Assembly: GCA_964291295.2 (NCBI GenBank)
Contig: OZ219754.1
Coordinates: 1,632,001 to 1,696,000 of the forward strand
DNA: 64,000 nucleotides
Source: an uncultured Candidatus Binatia bacterium
Lineage (GTDB): Bacteria; Desulfobacterota; Binatia; UBA9968; JAJDTQ01
Direction of reading: 5' to 3'
Below, in pieces: positions 28,967-38,240 of the stretch. Under the pieces are notes generated by a model that ran no database searches, was not told the DNA's origin, and saw only the letters and a program-made list of their open reading frames with translations. The translations under genes and the position numbers were made by a program. The number at the start of each line of letters is the position of its first letter. Positions within the stretch are counted from its first letter, which is position 1.

Positions 28967-31900
28967 CTACGATTCAGACCGCGAGATCACTATACGTTGT
29001 CGAGGACCGGAGCCAGAATCTTCGGTGCGTGCCGAAACCTCGAATGTCGTGGTTTCTGCCCTCGGATTCCAGGCCAGCATCCTACGATGGTCCTCACGAG
29101 TGAGACGTTGTACGAAGATCGAGAGATGCGCAAAGGTGTCATCTGCCGCCGCGTCGCCCAATTGATAGCCGTCATTGAGTTCCAGTAGGAGATCAAACAG
29201 GTCGGCGCCGAGGCGCAGGCGTTCTTCGCTTCCATCGTGGTAACGGTAGATCAGGTACGCTTGGCGATGGAGCCAGTCCAAGCCCTCTACCCTTTTCTTC
29301 TCGGCTTCCAGGCGAAAATTGGTTACGGATTTCTCGACCCAGAAAGCCGTCTCCGTCGGTGTTCTGGGCGTGACGCGCAATGGCACCATGCCGGGTCGCT
29401 CCAAAGCCTTTGGCGGAAGCGCCTCCAGACGGGAAATGCCACGGCAAAGGTCCCGTATCAGAGCCTTCACATTCTCACTCGGTGGGTCGACAGCAAGGTT
29501 ACGAAATTGACGCAGATGCCGCCCGTGGGCCAGACCGAACGCATCGGGATCGCCCGTCAGCCGTTCAATCTCCTCCCGGCCCAACACGAAATAGGCCTGG
29601 CGTCGGAGAAACTCGAGGCTCTTCGTCCCGTCACGCTGCGAAACATCACCGATATCGGCACCTCGCTGCAGATGAAGCAGGTGACGGTCGATCTGCGGCT
29701 GCGCTTCAAGGGCGGGGTCGAAATGTGGCAGTTCGCTCAGCAATTCACCCTGCCGCCCCGTTGACTCGGGCGAGAAGGCGCGGTCCCAGTAGGGATGAGG
29801 CGTCGATGCGTCGGAGCCGTCCGTGGCATCGTGATACTCGCTGCAGTAATGTACTCCAAAGAGGATATAGACCAGCGCGGCTCGCAATTCGCGGACGGTG
29901 ATATGGACCTCGCCTCGCAGATGTACGGCCTGCAACGCCTCGAACAGCCGGCCACGAGCGTGGTCGCGAATGGATTTTTCCGAGAGGTCGCCCGGGCCGA
30001 AGCGTTTGGTGGCGCGGAAGACCTCGCAGCGTTCCCGGGCCGAGCAAGTGCGACAGGGAGTCCAGATTTCCGCAGCGCGTTCGCCGCCGTACAGCTTGTC
30101 CACCAGACGACCAAGAAAGTCGGTGGCGATGACCTTGTCGTCGTCGGCGATATCGCCAACCAGCGAACGATGGTTCAGATCGAAGAACCGGATATGGGAT
30201 CCGGAACTTGGAGCAACGTTCTCGAGAAGGTCGGAAAGGTTCCTTGTCAACGACGACTCGCCTTGGTCTCCTTCGACGGACTCGACCCACTCAAGGAGCC
30301 GGCCATCGTTGATGGCCAGCAGATGGACGATATCCTCGTCCGGCGGGCCGTGCCGGAACGGCGCCAGGAATTCGTTCAGAAGATCGTCCGCAGAACGACC
30401 CTGCCATGACGCCGAGCCGTCGAGATTCATGCGCACGGTCAAGCCGTCGTCCAACTGCCCCTCAATGATGCGCGTCGCCGAAGTCTGGACATCCAGGCGA
30501 AGTCTCTTTGCGAGGCGCTGAAGCAGGGCAGTCTTCCCGTCGCCGGCATTGCCGCAGAGGATCACGAGGTTCGCTTTGCGCTCCTTGATGTCCCCAAATA
30601 GTTCTCGCTCCAGGCGGGTTTCGACATACGTCTCCTCGGCAAAGTCACTGTCCATGCCACGTGTCTCGCTGTTGCCCCACCGCGATCCAGGATAGGACTG
30701 TAGCAACAACTTGAGCCAATCTACCTCCTGTTCCGTTAGCCCCTCCCTCGCATCGGTCGGCTGTGCCGCTTCCTCCGCATCGGCGACGCGGGCCACATCC
30801 CCATGGGTGGTGACTATCGATCGGTTCCCGACATGCCTGGATGGACTCAAGATCGCTAGTGCGTCCGCGACGCTGGCAATGCGCTCATCCGGGTTCGGGC
30901 TCGTGGCCCGATCAAGGAACCCTGCCAGCGATGGATCGTCCTCCCGGTCGATCCCGGTCCAGTTCAATCCGCGTTCCTTGGCCAGAACACCGTCGTATTG
31001 AAACGGTTCCCTATCGAACAGCACGTGAAAGAAACTCGCAGCCAATGCATAAAGGTCGTCGGACGGCTTCGCGGCATCGTGTTCAAGAAACGAAGGCGAG
31101 CAGTACGGTACCGTGCCAGGTGCGTCTGGCGGAACGCCGATCCTGGTCACGCAGTCATAGTCGGTCAGCACGAGATCAGGACCGGAAACGATGATGTTAC
31201 GCGGACTGATGTCGCCGTGCACCAGGCCGTTGTCGTGCAGTACCCGCAGCGCCTCGCATGTTGTCCGCAGCCAGCTTCTGGCCAGAGCCTCGTGGGAGTC
31301 CTCTCCCCGATCTTCGGCAAGAAGCGGCAGCATACCGGAGTACTCCCGCAGCGGCTCGCCCTCGACCCAGGTCATCAAGGCAACGAAGCCGTTATCCCGC
31401 CATTCTGATGCGACCTCCAAGATCATTGACAAAGCTGAGTGACGAAGATGTGAGCGCGCCAGCTTGTAGGCTCCAAGCACCCTCCGCCCGGTTTGCCCAT
31501 CGCGGGCTACCTTGGCGACATAGGTGCCGAGATCATCTTTTGTTTCTCGATCCACTTCCACGACCTTGAAAGTCGTTCCTACTCCACCGGAACCAAGACG
31601 CGAGACGATTCGATAGTCGTTTGCTCCGAAAGAGACGACTTGGTCCTCTGTCCAGAACCTCGCCGGTGGTGGCGGCGGTTCCGGCGGCGGCTCGCCCAAC
31701 TGTTCGGAGAACAGCGCTTCCAGTTTCGACAGGCTGCTTCTCTCCGCGGGATCGTTGCCCATTCCCAAGGTCAGAATTTCCGTAGCCTTGACGCTGATGG
31801 CATCTTCCTGACCCTCGAACAGCACTGCAAGCGAAGCGCATAACGAATAGACGTCGGACCGATGATCTGCCGCTCCGCGGCCCTGGGCGCGAACCTCGGG

Positions 31901-33004
31901 AGATACTGCGGCATCCCAATCTGTCGCGGTGGCAGGGGAAGCCACGGAGACATCCGTCGGAATCCGGGCATGCTCGAAACCAGTCAGGATCGGCGAGTTG
32001 TCGTGTCTGACCAGGATTGTGCACGGCGTCAGGTTCCGGTGAACCATGGGTTCGCCGTCCACGCCCGACTCGTGGAGGTCGATCACCGCTCGAACCGCGC
32101 CTCGCGCGAAATTTGACCGAGCGACGGCATCCCACGCGTCGTCGCGGGCGCGTTCCTGCAGGCCAGGTGCGGCGGGGTCCGCCACCGTGAAGAACTTGAT
32201 CTCACCCGGATATCCCGGCGCGTCCTGAAACGAGTCGACGATACGCGGCGCCCAGCCATGCTGTTGAAGCCGTTGAAGTGCCCTCCACTCGCGTTCCGCT
32301 TTCTGTGCAGCCTTCGTGTCATCCACTGAAAGGTCGTAAAGATGCAGCACTACCGGATCCTGCCGAGATGCATGGGTCGCCTTGTATATTCGATGAAAGT
32401 GTTGGTCCAGGGGTGTCTGGAGAGTCAGACGTGTGTAACCAGCCATTCGCTTCAGGGTACCATCAATGGCGACGGCGCTCGTGGGCTCCAAGGCGCGGGC
32501 CAACCGTTGGACCTGCTGTGCGGATAGCACATGCGTCGCATGGAATCCGACTGCATCGCGCCAAGTCTTGAACGTGTGGAAGGGAACACCGCGAACAGGT
32601 TCCTGGTCCTCAAGGGCTGTGACCTTGGAAGCCGCCTCGGTCACCAGAAACACACCGTCCACCCGTGGCAGACCCTCAACCTGTCTGCGCAGCGTTGTGC
32701 CGACCCTGCGTGCCTTGTGGGTGACGCGTCCCGCTTCCTGCTCAACAAGTTCGGAGTTGCGATGGACCCATGCCGCAGTCCAGTGCTTGACTTCGATGAC
32801 TTGGACCCCGGATGGGCCGATAGCGACAATGTCAATCTCGTCAGACTGCCGACGGTTTTCCGCAGAGAAGGCCAAGTTTGTCAATAATATCCACTCGTCG
32901 CCTCCGGGTTCGGAAATCAGGCGACTTCTGATTTGCTCGAACGCCTTGCGCTCGCTCTCGTTGACAGTCGGCCCGCACGGAACATGGTGCACGTTCATGG
33001 CCAC
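28967..33004 (-). CDS. NERD nuclease + two Ser/Thr kinase-like domains + DndF-like P-loop (MAD6/PglW-like)
   Basis: NERD: SE..EIDIVAIGPSGVQVIEVKHW; kinase 1: HRNLTP/TGF; kinase 2: GSGGVG, VAK, HGDISPRN, DYD; P-loop CGNAGDGKT, AINDGRLL. Confidence 0.85.
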   Translation of the reverse strand: MAMNVHHVPCGPTVNESERKAFEQIRSRLISEPGGDEWILLTNLAFSAENRRQSDEIDIVAIGPSGVQVIEVKHWTAAWVHRNSELVEQEAGRVTHKARRVGTTLRRQVEGLPRVDGVFLVTEAASKVTALEDQEPVRGVPFHTFKTWRDAVGFHATHVLSAQQVQRLARALEPTSAVAIDGTLKRMAGYTRLTLQTPLDQHFHRIYKATHASRQDPVVLHLYDLSVDDTKAAQKAEREWRALQRLQQHGWAPRIVDSFQDAPGYPGEIKFFTVADPAAPGLQERARDDAWDAVARSNFARGAVRAVIDLHESGVDGEPMVHRNLTPCTILVRHDNSPILTGFEHARIPTDVSVASPATATDWDAAVSPEVRAQGRGAADHRSDVYSLCASLAVLFEGQEDAISVKATEILTLGMGNDPAERSSLSKLEALFSEQLGEPPPEPPPPPARFWTEDQVVSFGANDYRIVSRLGSGGVGTTFKVVEVDRETKDDLGTYVAKVARDGQTGRRVLGAYKLARSHLRHSALSMILEVASEWRDNGFVALMTWVEGEPLREYSGMLPLLAEDRGEDSHEALARSWLRTTCEALRVLHDNGLVHGDISPRNIIVSGPDLVLTDYDCVTRIGVPPDAPGTVPYCSPSFLEHDAAKPSDDLYALAASFFHVLFDREPFQYDGVLAKERGLNWTGIDREDDPSLAGFLDRATSPNPDERIASVADALAILSPSRHVGNRSIVTTHGDVARVADAEEAAQPTDAREGLTEQEVDWLKLLLQSYPGSRWGNSETRGMDSDFAEETYVETRLERELFGDIKERKANLVILCGNAGDGKTALLQRLAKRLRLDVQTSATRIIEGQLDDGLTVRMNLDGSASWQGRSADDLLNEFLAPFRHGPPDEDIVHLLAINDGRLLEWVESVEGDQGESSLTRNLSDLLENVAPSSGSHIRFFDLNHRSLVGDIADDDKVIATDFLGRLVDKLYGGERAAEIWTPCRTCSARERCEVFRATKRFGPGDLSEKSIRDHARGRLFEALQAVHLRGEVHITVRELRAALVYILFGVHYCSEYHDATDGSDASTPHPYWDRAFSPESTGRQGELLSELPHFDPALEAQPQIDRHLLHLQRGADIGDVSQRDGTKSLEFLRRQAYFVLGREEIERLTGDPDAFGLAHGRHLRQFRNLAVDPPSENVKALIRDLCRGISRLEALPPKALERPGMVPLRVTPRTPTETAFWVEKSVTNFRLEAEKKRVEGLDWLHRQAYLIYRYHDGSEERLRLGADLFDLLLELNDGYQLGDAAADDTFAHLSIFVQRLTREDHRRMLAWNPRAETTTFEVSARTEDSGSGPRQRIVISRSES

Positions 33005-33164
33005 ATGCTACGCGATTCGGATGGTCAAATCCAGACGGTTGCAGTCACGACGGTGCTATGGAGTGGGGATGCAGCGGGGACCGTCACCCATTTGATTCCA
33101 TTGGTGAATTCGTCCAGCGTCTTGTTCACGGAACCCGGTGTTCATCCTGATCGTACAGCATGAT

Positions 33165-33192
33165 ATTGTAATATTCGATATGAAACTGAAAA
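33165..33192 (-). promoter_or_regulatory. Candidate sigma70 promoter for the kinase/ATPase module
   Basis: Minus strand TTTTCA-16 bp-TACAAT within a very AT-rich patch ~160 bp upstream of the start. Confidence 0.35.
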
Positions 33193-33326
33193 ATTGGCGA
33201 CATGATCTGTCGGAATCGAATAGCCATGCGGATCCTGGCCTCCTGCCAGCCACCGAAGCGAACCGCGCCGTGCCGTTGACAGCCGCTTGCATTTGTCTGA
33301 TAGTCCGCCGGGACATGGCTGAATGT

Positions 33327-33372
33327 CCGGTCGCGGAGACCCGGTCGCGGAGACCCGGTCGCGGAGACCCGG
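33327..33372. repeat. Tandem repeat, 14-bp unit CCGGTCGCGGAGAC x3
   Basis: Three exact copies just upstream of the amidohydrolase RBS. Confidence 0.9.
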
Positions 33373-33399
33373 CCACCGAGGCCCAGGGGAGGAGAGCCA

Positions 33400-34506
33400 A
33401 TGAAGAAGACGGATGTCGTGGATGCGGACTCGCACGTCATGGAGGTTCCCGGGACCTGGGATTATCTGGGCGAGGAGTTCCAGCACAGAAGGCCGGTGGT
33501 GGTGCAGGGCGAGGGGCTGGCCACCAACGCGCTCATTGATGCGTGGTGGCTCATCGACGGTCAGATTCATCCCCGCTTGTGGGGACCGGGCACGACGTTC
33601 AGCGGTACGCCGCTGGAGATGAAGTTCGCGCGGGACAAGATATTCGACATCGGCAGTCAGGGCATGACCGACATCGATGCCCGCATCAAGGATCTGGACG
33701 CCTTCGGCATCGACATCCAGGTGATCTATTCCTCCATCCTGTTCCATCGCCTCACCGAGGATCCCCGATTCGAGGCCGCCTTGATGCGGAGCTACAATAC
33801 CTGGATCTCCCAGCGCTGCGGCGAGCGTCCCGAGCGCATCAAGTGGGCCGCGGTCATTCCCATGCGGGATCGCGAAGCCTGCGTGGCCGAGGTCCATCGC
33901 GCCCGGGAGCTGGGTGCGGTGGGCCTCATGATCGGCGGCACCGCCGGCCAGACCCTGCTGCACCACCCCGACCTGACGCCTTTCTACGAGGCAGCGTGCG
34001 CGGTGGACCTGCCGGTGTGCATCCACACGGGCTGGAGCGTGCCGGGCCTGACGCAGACCTGCGAGGACCCCTACGCGTCGCTGATCCTGAGCTTTACCCT
34101 GCCGGTGTTGATGGGTTTCTTCAGCATCCTGGGCGGCGGCGTGCTCGACCGCCATCCGAAACTCCGGGTGGCTTTTCTGGAGGCGGGTTCCGAGTGGATC
34201 CCTTACATGGTGGGGCGGATGGATCACTACCACCCGGTGGTGGCGATGTTCGGCAACCGTTCCAGGAGACCGCCTGGCGACTACCTCGCTGAAGGGCGGG
34301 TGTACGTGACCTGCGAGGCGGAGGAGGCGCTGCTGCCCCAAGTCATCGATCTCGTGGGCGAAGACCAGATTCTCATCGAGGGCGACATCCCCCATGCCGA
34401 AGCCCGGGAAACCGGCATCGAGGAACTCCGTCAACGCACCGACATCTCCGAGCGGGTCAAGCAGAAGATCCTGCGCGAGAACGGCCTGGCGTTCTACCGG
34501 CTGTGA
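33400..34506 (+). CDS. Amidohydrolase_2 family protein
   Basis: DADSH, CIHTG, GGVLDRHPKLRVAFLEAG, DIPHAE. Confidence 0.9.
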   Translation: MKKTDVVDADSHVMEVPGTWDYLGEEFQHRRPVVVQGEGLATNALIDAWWLIDGQIHPRLWGPGTTFSGTPLEMKFARDKIFDIGSQGMTDIDARIKDLDAFGIDIQVIYSSILFHRLTEDPRFEAALMRSYNTWISQRCGERPERIKWAAVIPMRDREACVAEVHRARELGAVGLMIGGTAGQTLLHHPDLTPFYEAACAVDLPVCIHTGWSVPGLTQTCEDPYASLILSFTLPVLMGFFSILGGGVLDRHPKLRVAFLEAGSEWIPYMVGRMDHYHPVVAMFGNRSRRPPGDYLAEGRVYVTCEAEEALLPQVIDLVGEDQILIEGDIPHAEARETGIEELRQRTDISERVKQKILRENGLAFYRL

Positions 34507-34596
34507 CGCCGCCGGCAACACCACGGAGGTCAAGCAGCCGCCGGGCGCAGCAAAATCGCGGCAATCAAAGTCGCGCCAATGGCGGTTCCCGTGTTC

Positions 34597-35484
34597 TCAG
34601 GCTTCCGCCTTGACGTGCAACTCCATCACGCCGATTTTCTCGATCTCGCCTCTGAGCCGGTCGCCGTCCTGAAGCGTGTGGACCCCGGCGGGCGTGCCGG
34701 TGGTGATGAGGTCGCCGGGCCGCAGGGTGACTACGCTCGAAAGGAACCGGATATGGTCCCGGACCCCGCAGATCATGTCGCTCGTGTGGGCGGTCATGAC
34801 CTGCTCGCCGTTGTGCCAGGCGCTGAGGGAGAGGTTCTGCGGTTCCGGTATCTCGTCCCGGGTGACGATCCATGGACCCAAGGGGCTGAAGGTGTCGAAC
34901 CCTTTGCGGATGTTGCGGGTGTTCTGCTTGCCGCGGCCCCAAGGGTCCCGCTGGCTGATGTCCCAGCAGATGGTGTAGCCGAAGACGTAGTCCAGCGCCT
35001 CCTCTTCGGTGACCTTCCGGGCGGTCTTGCCGATGACCACGCACAGTTCGCATTCGAAGTCCACGTCGTGCGAGACCTTGGGAATGACCACGGTGCCGCC
35101 GGGGCCGATGATGGACGATACCGGCTTCAGGAAGTCCTGGGACATGTGGTCGTCCTTGTCCGGCACCGCCTGGGGTCCGCCGCCCATGCGCGTTTCCATC
35201 TCCTTGCGGTGGTCCATGTAGTTGGAGGCCGCGGCCCAGAGCGAGGTGGGGTTGTCGATGGGGGCCCGCAGAACCACCTCGTCCAGCGGCACCGACGCTC
35301 CGGACCGGATGCATTCGTCGACACAGGACCGGGCGTTCGGATTGTTCGTCAACGCCTCGATGACCTGGATCATCGTGTAGTCGGCCTTCAGGATCCCCGC
35401 CGCCGTCATGGCCGCGCCGATGGGGTGGACCCTGTCGTCCACCACCGCACCGGCCTGCTTCGCGTCGTAGGTACAGACCTTCAT
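34597..35484 (-). CDS. Fumarylacetoacetate hydrolase family protein
   Basis: NYMDH, DFECELCVVIG, KGFDTFSPLGP, GDLITTGTPAGV. Confidence 0.92.
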   Translation of the reverse strand: MKVCTYDAKQAGAVVDDRVHPIGAAMTAAGILKADYTMIQVIEALTNNPNARSCVDECIRSGASVPLDEVVLRAPIDNPTSLWAAASNYMDHRKEMETRMGGGPQAVPDKDDHMSQDFLKPVSSIIGPGGTVVIPKVSHDVDFECELCVVIGKTARKVTEEEALDYVFGYTICWDISQRDPWGRGKQNTRNIRKGFDTFSPLGPWIVTRDEIPEPQNLSLSAWHNGEQVMTAHTSDMICGVRDHIRFLSSVVTLRPGDLITTGTPAGVHTLQDGDRLRGEIEKIGVMELHVKAEA

Positions 35485-35664
35485 GCAATCTCCTTCATCC
35501 TGGTGTGTGCGCGCCGCTTCATGGGCCTGCCCGCAGGGGGCCTGCCCGCAGGGGAGCCGCCTTCGTCGGGCGCCGCGTTCGCGCGTGGGTGCCTTATAGC
35601 ACAATGCCCCGGCGGTGGCACAGGGCGCGTCGGCCCGGCGCGGATATGGCAAGATGAATTCCCG

Positions 35665-35725
35665 CAGTGTGCTCACACGCATACACACGCCCAGTGTGCT
35701 CACACGCCCAGTGTGCGCACACTGT
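35665..35725. repeat. Degenerate tandem repeats of CAGTGTGCTCACACGC
   Basis: Two exact and further partial copies in the divergent FAH/VOC intergenic region. Confidence 0.7.
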
Positions 35726-35792
35726 CCAGAGTCCTCGCAGTGTCCCTACTCACAATGTCCTCAGTACGGCGGACCCGCCGTGGAGACCGAAC

Positions 35793-36605
35793 ATGAGAAC
35801 GCGGATTCGACACATCGCCCTCCATACGGAGAACTGGGACCGCATGGCCCGGTTCTATCAGACGGTCTTCGGCATGAAGAAGATCACCACCGGGATGACC
35901 GACGAGAAGGGAAACTACAATCCCGACCGCGGCCACATCAGCGACGGGGTCGTCGGTTTCGCCATGTTGCAGAAACACCCGGGGAACCCGTCCGGCCTGG
36001 ACCATTTCGGCTTCGAGGTGGAGGAGATACCGCAGGTGCTGGAACGAATGCGCCGCGGCTATCCCGACCTGCTGGTGGCGCGGAGCCTTCCTCATGTGCC
36101 GTTCTCGGTCTCCCGCGGCACCGACCCGTGCGGCACGCAGTTCGATATTTCGCAGAAGGGCGCGGCCAAGGTCCGGGAGGGATACCTTGAGGACGGCTGG
36201 GATCAGGCGCGGCAGGTCAGCCATATCGCCATCCGCTCCCGGCGGCCGGAGCAGGTGGCCGAGTTCTATCACCAAGTGTTCGAACTCGACGCGGGGGCGG
36301 CGCCGTCGGCGGACGGCAGCTTTCGCGTCACCGACGGGAAGGTGCAATTGCTCGTGCGTCCGTGCGACAACGCGCTCTACCGGGGCATGCGCGAGGGGCT
36401 GGACCACATCGGTTTTCGGGTCGAGGATCTGGAGCGGACGCGGCAGGACATCGAGGCCCTGGCCGAGGCGGCGCCCGAAGCCTCTCCCGCCAATCTGGAT
36501 GTGGGCCGGTTCGGCGCCATGACGCGCGCGGACCTTGAGGGCTGCGTCATCGGCCAGTATGCCATGGCCGACCCGGACGGCATCCTGCTCGACCTCACCG
36601 AATAG
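35793..36605 (+). CDS. VOC (glyoxalase/dioxygenase) family protein, two domains
   Basis: IRHIAL..FYQTVFG, GLDHFGFEVE, second copy VSHIAI..GLDHIGFRVEDL..DPDG. Confidence 0.85.
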   Translation: MRTRIRHIALHTENWDRMARFYQTVFGMKKITTGMTDEKGNYNPDRGHISDGVVGFAMLQKHPGNPSGLDHFGFEVEEIPQVLERMRRGYPDLLVARSLPHVPFSVSRGTDPCGTQFDISQKGAAKVREGYLEDGWDQARQVSHIAIRSRRPEQVAEFYHQVFELDAGAAPSADGSFRVTDGKVQLLVRPCDNALYRGMREGLDHIGFRVEDLERTRQDIEALAEAAPEASPANLDVGRFGAMTRADLEGCVIGQYAMADPDGILLDLTE

Positions 36606-36701
36606 CCGACGGGAGTCGGCGGGACCGGGCACCACGAGGTACCGCAGGCGAGGCACCGCCGGGCAACGCCGACCATCCGCTCACCGCTTACGGCCCACCG
36701 C

Positions 36702-38060
36702 CTACGCTCGCGGCGGGGTGGCCGCCCGGGCCACGGCGGCGGCATCCTCCAGGGTGGCCACTTCGCGGCAGGCGCGTATCATCGCCTGCGCCTGCGCCGG
36801 CCCCAGCACCGGATCGGCGAGGGCGTGCACCTTTGCGTCCATGGCCTCGTCGGACAGCGGGCATTCCAGGCTTCCCGAGCAGTGCGTGACGACCTCCCGG
36901 AAGGAACGGCCGTCCTTCAACCGCAGGGTCGCCACCGCGCCGGCCTCACTCAAGTCATCGTCCGCCACGGCCCACACGCGGTCCCGTACGGCCATGACCC
37001 GGGGGTTCCGGACGGTTTCGTCGGTGAACTCGGCGATGCCCGCCCGTCCCAGCACCAGGGCCGCCGCGACGGCGTGATGGACGCTGAACTTGCCCTGCAG
37101 GCCGGTTCGGGGTGACCTGTTCCCGGTCAGCTCCAGCACCAGCGGGTGGACCCGCAGCTCCACGGCCGCGATGTCGTCGCCGGTGAGTGCGTGCGCCTGT
37201 TTCAGCCGGATGCAGGCGTCGAGGCTCGGATGGATCACCACCCCGCAGGGGTAGGGCTTGTAGGTGTTGAGCAGGATCTCGTAGCTGTCGCCGAGGCCGC
37301 CGCAGATGGCGGCGTAGTCCTGCTTCGTGGACAGCACCCGGGCGAAGCCCCGGGGGGCTTCGATGGCGCGTTCGGAGCCGGTCAGCCCCTCGGCGGCCAG
37401 CAGCGCCGCGGCCAGGCCGCTCTGCGCCGCCCGCCCGATGAGGAAGGGCTTCAACATGGTGCCGAACATCTCCCGCAGCCCGGCGGCCTGGGTCGCGGCC
37501 GCGGCCAGCGCCCAGCACATGCGCCGTACGTCCAGGCCCGCCAGGCGGCCGGCGGCGGCGGCGGCGCCGAACACCCCGGCGGTGCCGGTGATGTGCCAGC
37601 CGGCGTCGTAGTGGTCCGGGTAGACGGCGTTGCCGATGCGGCATTCGACCTCGACCCCGAGGATCAGCGCGTGAAGAAAGTCCCGGCCCGAGACCGGCCG
37701 GTGCTCGGCCAGCGCCACCAGGGCCGACGCCACCGGCCCGGCGGGATGGATGATGGTGCGCAGGTGCGTGTCGTCGAAGTCGAACACATGGGAGCTGATG
37801 CCGTTCAGCAGCGACGCGTGCAGCGCGTCCACCCGCTCCCCGCGCCCCAGCACCGAGGACTGCGGCGGCCCCATGAAGGGACCCAGGGCGCGCAGCGTGA
37901 TATCGACGGATTCGTGGCCCGAGCCGCCCACGGCGCATCCCATCCAGTTGAGCAGGGTGCGCGCGGCTTCGCCGCGCACGTCATCGGGAACGGCCTCAAA
38001 GTCCGAAACACAGACCCATTCCGCCAGCCTTCGGGTCACGTCCATATCCGGGGTGCTCAT
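36702..38060 (-). CDS. MmgE/PrpD family protein
   Basis: SHVFDFDDTH, HPAG, GWHITG, KPYPCG, GKFS motifs; start MSTPDMD. Confidence 0.9.
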   Translation of the reverse strand: MSTPDMDVTRRLAEWVCVSDFEAVPDDVRGEAARTLLNWMGCAVGGSGHESVDITLRALGPFMGPPQSSVLGRGERVDALHASLLNGISSHVFDFDDTHLRTIIHPAGPVASALVALAEHRPVSGRDFLHALILGVEVECRIGNAVYPDHYDAGWHITGTAGVFGAAAAAGRLAGLDVRRMCWALAAAATQAAGLREMFGTMLKPFLIGRAAQSGLAAALLAAEGLTGSERAIEAPRGFARVLSTKQDYAAICGGLGDSYEILLNTYKPYPCGVVIHPSLDACIRLKQAHALTGDDIAAVELRVHPLVLELTGNRSPRTGLQGKFSVHHAVAAALVLGRAGIAEFTDETVRNPRVMAVRDRVWAVADDDLSEAGAVATLRLKDGRSFREVVTHCSGSLECPLSDEAMDAKVHALADPVLGPAQAQAMIRACREVATLEDAAAVARAATPPRA

Positions 38061-38240
38061 GCGAGGGGCTCCATCCGCCGGCGGCCCGCGGTCCCGCACG
38101 CGTTCTACGCGCGCCGTCCTTGACAAGGCGCGTCCGGAGCTTGAATGTGCGGACCTTGAATCTGGGTTCCCGATCAAGGTTCCCGCCTTGAATCCGGGCT
38201 GCCGGTTTGTCAATGTAGCTTGAAACGACGGAGGTGAGAA

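Noticed and set aside
10916-33004. Calling the region a complete BREX type 2 system
   Set aside because: No pglX, pglY or pglZ; the helicase is SNF2 rather than Lhr-like; host-type genes separate the two modules.
22130-33290. AGCCGCATTGC / AGCCGCTTGC as boundary repeats of island 2
   Set aside because: Too short and imperfect to distinguish from chance.
33327-35725. Short repeats as a possible CRISPR array
   Set aside because: Units are 14-16 bp, directly adjacent, without unique spacers; no cas genes in the window.
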